A program made the position numbers and the translations under genes. Below the pieces are notes generated by a model. That model saw only the letters and a program-made list of their open reading frames with translations, ran no database searches and was not told the origin of the DNA. A stretch of DNA of 64,000 nucleotides from the NCBI RefSeq assembly GCF_009914755.1, contig NC_060928.1; one strand, written 5' to 3'. The DNA is from the human T2T-CHM13v2.0 reference genome, Homo sapiens. Below, one piece after another: positions 57,331 through 64,000 of this stretch (positions within the stretch are counted from its first letter, which is position 1; every line of letters begins with the position of its first letter).

Positions 57331-58055
57331 ATAGTGTGATTAAGGCCGACATGCACACCACTGGTAGAGCGCTGAATGCTAAGACCCCACCACTGTTTCC
57401 TTCCACTGCTTAACGACTGTGGGAGTTGGTAAATATCCTACCCCCACAGAACTTCAGCTTCAGCATCAGTCCAATGGAGCGAATCATCTGCCTGCCTCAT
57501 AAAGCCTCCCAATATCCATGTTTTAGTGGGAAGACTTATCACTGCATCATCCGTTCATCCATTCATGTGTTCTATAAGCCCTGGCAGAGCAGCCACCATG
57601 GCCTGGCCCTGGGAATGGGCAGAGTGGTTTAGAGATGGTGAAGATTTATCCTGTGCCCCCTAGAAATTTGCAGATGTGCCTCCACTGACTACAGAGGAGA
57701 GAGAGGGAGGGATGCTGTTGACTTTGAAATCAGAGAGGGCTTCCTGGAGGAGGTGATGTTTCAGCTGGCGCTTAAAGGAGGAGGGAGACTTCACCAGGTG
57801 GAGTGTGATACAGATATATATTCTGAACCAAGGGAATAGTTGAGGGTGAGTATGGGGACTTGAGACACAAAAGTATTTTTTGAAATCTGGGAGTAGCTTG
57901 CTGTTGCTAGATTTTGCACGGCTGTACATGCCTGGAAATTATTAAGAGTGGAGGCAGGAAGGAGACTGGAGCCAGGTTGCGTAGTGCCTGACACTAGAAA
58001 ATATAACTAGGAGAGAGAACACACAGGTAGCTGTCAGGAGCCAGCCACGTCTTAA

Positions 58056-58442
<387 letters not shown>

Positions 58443-59776
58443 TGAGGAAATTCAGGCACAGAAAGATTAAGACACTTGCCAAAGGGCAATTGGCCAGCTA
58501 GTTGTAGAAAGAGAATTCCAACCCAGGCAGGCGTGCTCCGGAGGATCTTTGGCTATCACGTCCAACTGTCTCTGTGCTGGGCAGGCTGTGCTATTCTCAC
58601 AGATGGTCTTGACCAGAGATTTTGAGCCCCATGATAACAGCAGCTCTGTCTGTGTTTCTGGTGGCAAATCCAGCATCTACAGTTGAGCCAGATCCCTGGC
58701 AGAGACCTGCCCATTCTTCAGACTTGGAAAAAATGAATGAACTTTGTGAGAGAGGGAGTACTATGCCCATTTGACAGATGTGGAAACTGAGGCCTTGGAT
58801 AATTAACCATCTGCCCAAAGTCTCCCAGGAGATGGCATGCCCAGGATTTCTCTACTTTCCCCATGCTGCTTCACAGGGCTCACAGCAACTCCGTAACATC
58901 AAAGGTGTTGCACCTTTCCAGATGGGGAAACTGGGGTCTGAGAAGTCAGGAGCCTGCCTGAGTTCTCATGGTTAAGTGGAAGGAGAGAATGGTCTCATTT
59001 GATGATGTTGGATCTGGCCTAATTCCTCAGGCATGTTGTTCTCGAGACACATCTGGATCTGGTTGGGGAAGGCCCCTCGTGTGGAAGGCTTTCTTTCCGA
59101 GTGCCTTTTTATAGACTTGGAATGAAATTCTCCTGTGCCTTGCAGATTCCAGCTTGCTGCTTCAAAGATCATTTCTTCTCCAAACGGAAGACAGAGGCTT
59201 TTTGTTTATTTTCACAACAGCAGTAGAGACGGGTGTACCTCTCTTAGACATCTCCATTGCTGTTTGAAAATGAGTCTTTACATGGTTGGGGGCAGGAAAT
59301 AACAGTTGCAATGGGAGAAACATCGTGAGATGTGCTTTAGCTGTGATCTCACTTAATGCTCCTGACATCTCTGCTGGGTAGGTATTATGCCCCCATTTGA
59401 TAGAATAGGAGACTGAAGTTCAGAGACAGTATGGTTATTGCCCAAGAACAGATGATGGAGGCAGGCAGGCCGTGATGTTGGAATATGTCTTGCACCTGGT
59501 ACCCTCCTTAGCTGTTTTCTATGTGGCTGCTCTCTGGGTCCAGGATGCTTTCCACCTCTCTTCTGGTCCATTGCACATTCTAGTCTCTGTGCCTCGGATC
59601 TTGCCCTCTCCCCAAAGCCTTCCCCTCGCTGCCTCCAGATTTTCCCAAACTATACATCTCTTTAGCCATTCTCCTGCTTAAAACACCAATGAGTCTCCAA
59701 AAGCCTTGGGAGGAAATTCAGTTCATCAGCTCCACTTCTTCTCTTTGGCATTGGAGCTTCTTAAAAATAAGTTTTC

Positions 59777-60685
<909 letters not shown>

Positions 60686-61859
60686 TTATACCCCACTCCT
60701 CAAACAGGTGAAGAAAACGAAGCTTCTATATTTCCGGTAAATGGCCTAACTATGCTGCTGGGTAGCTGTGGAAAGGGAGAGGGACATACAATTTGATGGT
60801 CATGATAGCTCCATCCCTCCCACAATTCGTTGTCTGCTTAGTCTCCGTCAGCTGTGTGCTCAGATGTGCAGAGTTCTCCTCCTATCTAAGATGGCAGCCA
60901 CAAGGATTGGGGGAAGACATGGAGCAGTATCTGGGCATGCAGGTCATTGGGCTGTCCCTGGATCTTCTTAGCTCCTCTCTGGCATATCCAGTTTGGTATG
61001 ACTTGGCTCCTGGGCCCCTGTGTGGAGTCCCGTGAGAGGCAGCTGAGTCCAACTGGCCTTTTGGGGTATCATCAGGGCACTCTTGCAAATAGTCTTGGCC
61101 ATTTGCTCCTGCCCTCAAAGTCCCTGAATTCCATGGCTCTGTCCTTCTGACTTGGACTCTGCTGGTCCCCTGGTTCTCCCTCACCTCACCAGGGCACGTG
61201 GGAACCTGCATCCTCATTGATCATGGAGAATGAGCAGCACCTCCTCAGGGCCAGTGTCTAGACATTCTCTTTGCTGATGCCGCACTATTGCTTTCGGCCA
61301 TATATTGGAAGTTGAACCAAATGCAATGTGCAGCTTCTCCTAGAGGCTTGGAGTCTCCTCTGGCTCTGTATGAGCAAGCAGCTCGTAAGCCTAATGCTCT
61401 CTAGTTTTCTCAAAATTATTTACATACTTTTACCTCAAGGTCATGGGCACGTCCTGTCCTACCTCCTTCTTCCTCCTCTTAGAGAGCCAGGTGGGTTTTA
61501 TCTTACTCCCCTTCCTGTCTAGCAAGAACTTCTAGGTCAAGCCCTCTTCTTCTTCTCCTATTCCCTAAGGCTCTAAAGCAGAATGGCTCACAGGCAACAA
61601 CATTTGCAATAAGGTAGAGAGGATAAAAAACACATCTCTATGATACATCCAAATATTATTCATGTTATAGTAAATCAGATGAAGCCTTGAGCTTCTCAGC
61701 AGCCACGTAAGGCTTAAATATGAGGGAACAGGGGCTCTTAGAAGTGAAGTGACTTCTGAAAGATGCACAGAGAATTAGGAAAGAGTCTGAATTCAACCCT
61801 GGAACCCTGACTTTCAGGTGAGTGCCTGGCCCACTAAAGAATGACAAAGCCATGGGGAG

Positions 61860-62050
61860 TGGCATGGAAAGCATGAGCTTTGGAGTTAGACAGGCCTGGG
61901 TGTGAATCCTGGTCACCCCAGTTCTGTTAAAGACCTCAGAAAAGTTACCTAGCTTCATTAAGCCTGTTTCTTCAGCCAAAAATTAATGGTGTTAACGCTT
62001 ACCTCTCAGGATGGGGGTCACAAATAAATAGAACGACATAAAGTACATAA
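61860..62050 (+). mobile_element. MIR
   Basis: gctttggagttagacaggcctgggtgtgaatcctgg. Confidence 0.8.
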
Positions 62051-62056
62051 TACATC

Positions 62057-62985
62057 AATCAGTTAGGATGTATTTGGCTACAGGCAAAAGAACAGCCCTC
62101 CTCAACTGGCTTAACCAACAATTAACCTATTATCTTACATAAAAGGGAGTCTAGAAGTAGGGATGTTCCAGGTTTGGCTAATCCAGCAGCTCAACCATGT
62201 CAACACAGACCGGGTTTTCTCTGTCTTGCCTTTTTGCCATTCTCAGTGCTTTCATGGGCTCCCTTTATGCTTGCAATATGCCAGCTGCAGCTCCAGACAT
62301 CAGCTTCTCACATACCTATGTCCAGAAGCAGAAGAAGGACATTTCTCCCTTGTGCATTTCTACTGAAGACTAAATATTTCCTGCTTGGCCCCTATCAGTC
62401 TTCTCCTCAAGTTTTATTTGCTAAAACAGGTAACATGTTCTGGGTATCTGTAGATGGGTCATTAAAAAATCATCCCAAAATTTAGTGACTTATAACCACA
62501 AAGATAATTTATTTTGCTTACAAATTTGCATTTTGGGCAGGAGTCAGCAAGGACAACTTGATTTTGCTCCATTTCTAAGCTGAGGTGGTTCAGCTGGAAA
62601 CTGGAGGAGGGTCTGATTTCAATGGCTCATTTGCATCCCTGGCAAGCTGGTGCTGGCTCTTGGCTGGGACCTCAGTTGGGGCTGTGGGCCAAGGTCTTGG
62701 TTCCTGTCCATGTGTACTTCTCCACAGGCTGCCTGGGCTTCCTCACAGTATGGTGGCTGTGTTCCAAGAACAAGTATCCCGAGAGAACCAGGTGGAGGCT
62801 GTATTATCTTTATGATGTAACTTCAGAAGTCACATTGAATTCTTACTCCATAGACACAAGCCTACCCAAATTCAAAGGGAGACAACCTAGACTCATCCTC
62901 TCAATGGGAGGTCACATAGTTGAAGAGCACGCAGGATGGATATCTACTGGTATGATCATTTTTGGAAAACACAGTCTGCCACGTA
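62057..62985 (-). mobile_element. Two adjacent or nested old MLT1 LTRs
   Basis: ggcttaaccaac...tctagaagtaggg; second from ~62440 atcccaaaatttagtgactta...ggctgcctgggcttcctcacagtatggtggctg. Confidence 0.7.
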
Positions 62986-63230
62986 TGCTTACCTCTTAAC
63001 AAATTAATAACAAGGAGGATGAGCTCACCATGTGTAGTTCGGACCTATCTGCCTATCTGGATTTACCAGAGTAATGGTGGCTAGGGCCTTGGAAGAAATG
63101 GAAAATGGCTGTTAGGCAACCCAAAGTATTTGCCTGTAAAGCTGCTCAGCAAATGATAACATGTTATTGTCACTGGTCATCTAGCTCTAAGACCAGGCAA
63201 ATATGTATTGAGAATCCTGTGTGCAGCTAG

Positions 63231-63611
<381 letters not shown>

Positions 63612-63944
63612 TAAGTTTACTCTTCTCCTGCAGTTCCCTGCCCCATTATGAGCTATCTTCACGGCTTTACTTTCTCTCATGCCTGAGGGCCAATGTTTTG
63701 TTGGTATGGGATATTCTAGTTTGACAAGTTAGTGACCAGTAGAGGCTGTTCTGAGGCGACTGCTGCCATTGTTCTTTCATGGCTGTCTATTTTTCTTGTA
63801 GCTGTTTTCTGGTGTTAGAAAATTGGATTAAGCTTTAATCACATTTCCTCCTAAACACAAAAGTCCAAAATTAGTAGCATATTTCTAACAGACCTCACTT
63901 AAAGCCACATCAAATTAAATAGGGCCTTTTAAGATGGGTCCTCC

Positions 63945-63998
63945 TGTATGTGTGTGTGTGTGTATATATATGTGTGTGTGTGTGTATGTATATATGTG
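63945..63998. repeat. (TG)n/(TA)n compound microsatellite
   Basis: Direct reading. Confidence 0.9.
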
Positions 63999-64000
63999 CA

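Overview
This is primate, human-like non-coding genomic DNA, roughly half interspersed repeats: about 20 Alus (J, S and Y), many MIR and L2 copies, L1 fragments, MaLR/ERVL/ERV1 LTRs and hAT MERs. No host protein-coding exon, RNA gene or CRISPR array is supported. The only protein remnant is a disrupted L1 ORF2 C-terminus. I could not identify the locus, and repeat subfamilies are recognised by eye. Main points: (1) a 583-bp poly(A)-tailed retrocopy with a 16-bp TSD (9890-10472), made of a MIR plus an LTR33 cut at its own poly(A) signal and nested inside a younger L1MC. (2) A gene-less CpG island (~18.9-19.4 kb) between a (64-bp unit + CA-microsatellite) array with KLF/OTX-type motifs and a 17-bp minisatellite that grew out of a MIR core and carries SOX-type motifs. 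(3) Several short local templated duplications, including a two-donor patchwork at 14.2-14.44 kb. (4) Two tandem Alu pairs with triple target sites. (5) A near-complete MLT1A-type LTR-int-LTR element. (6) Several repeat-free, motif-dense enhancer candidates. I see no new multi-gene system; the interest is in retrotransposition history, rearrangement scars and possible cis-regulation.
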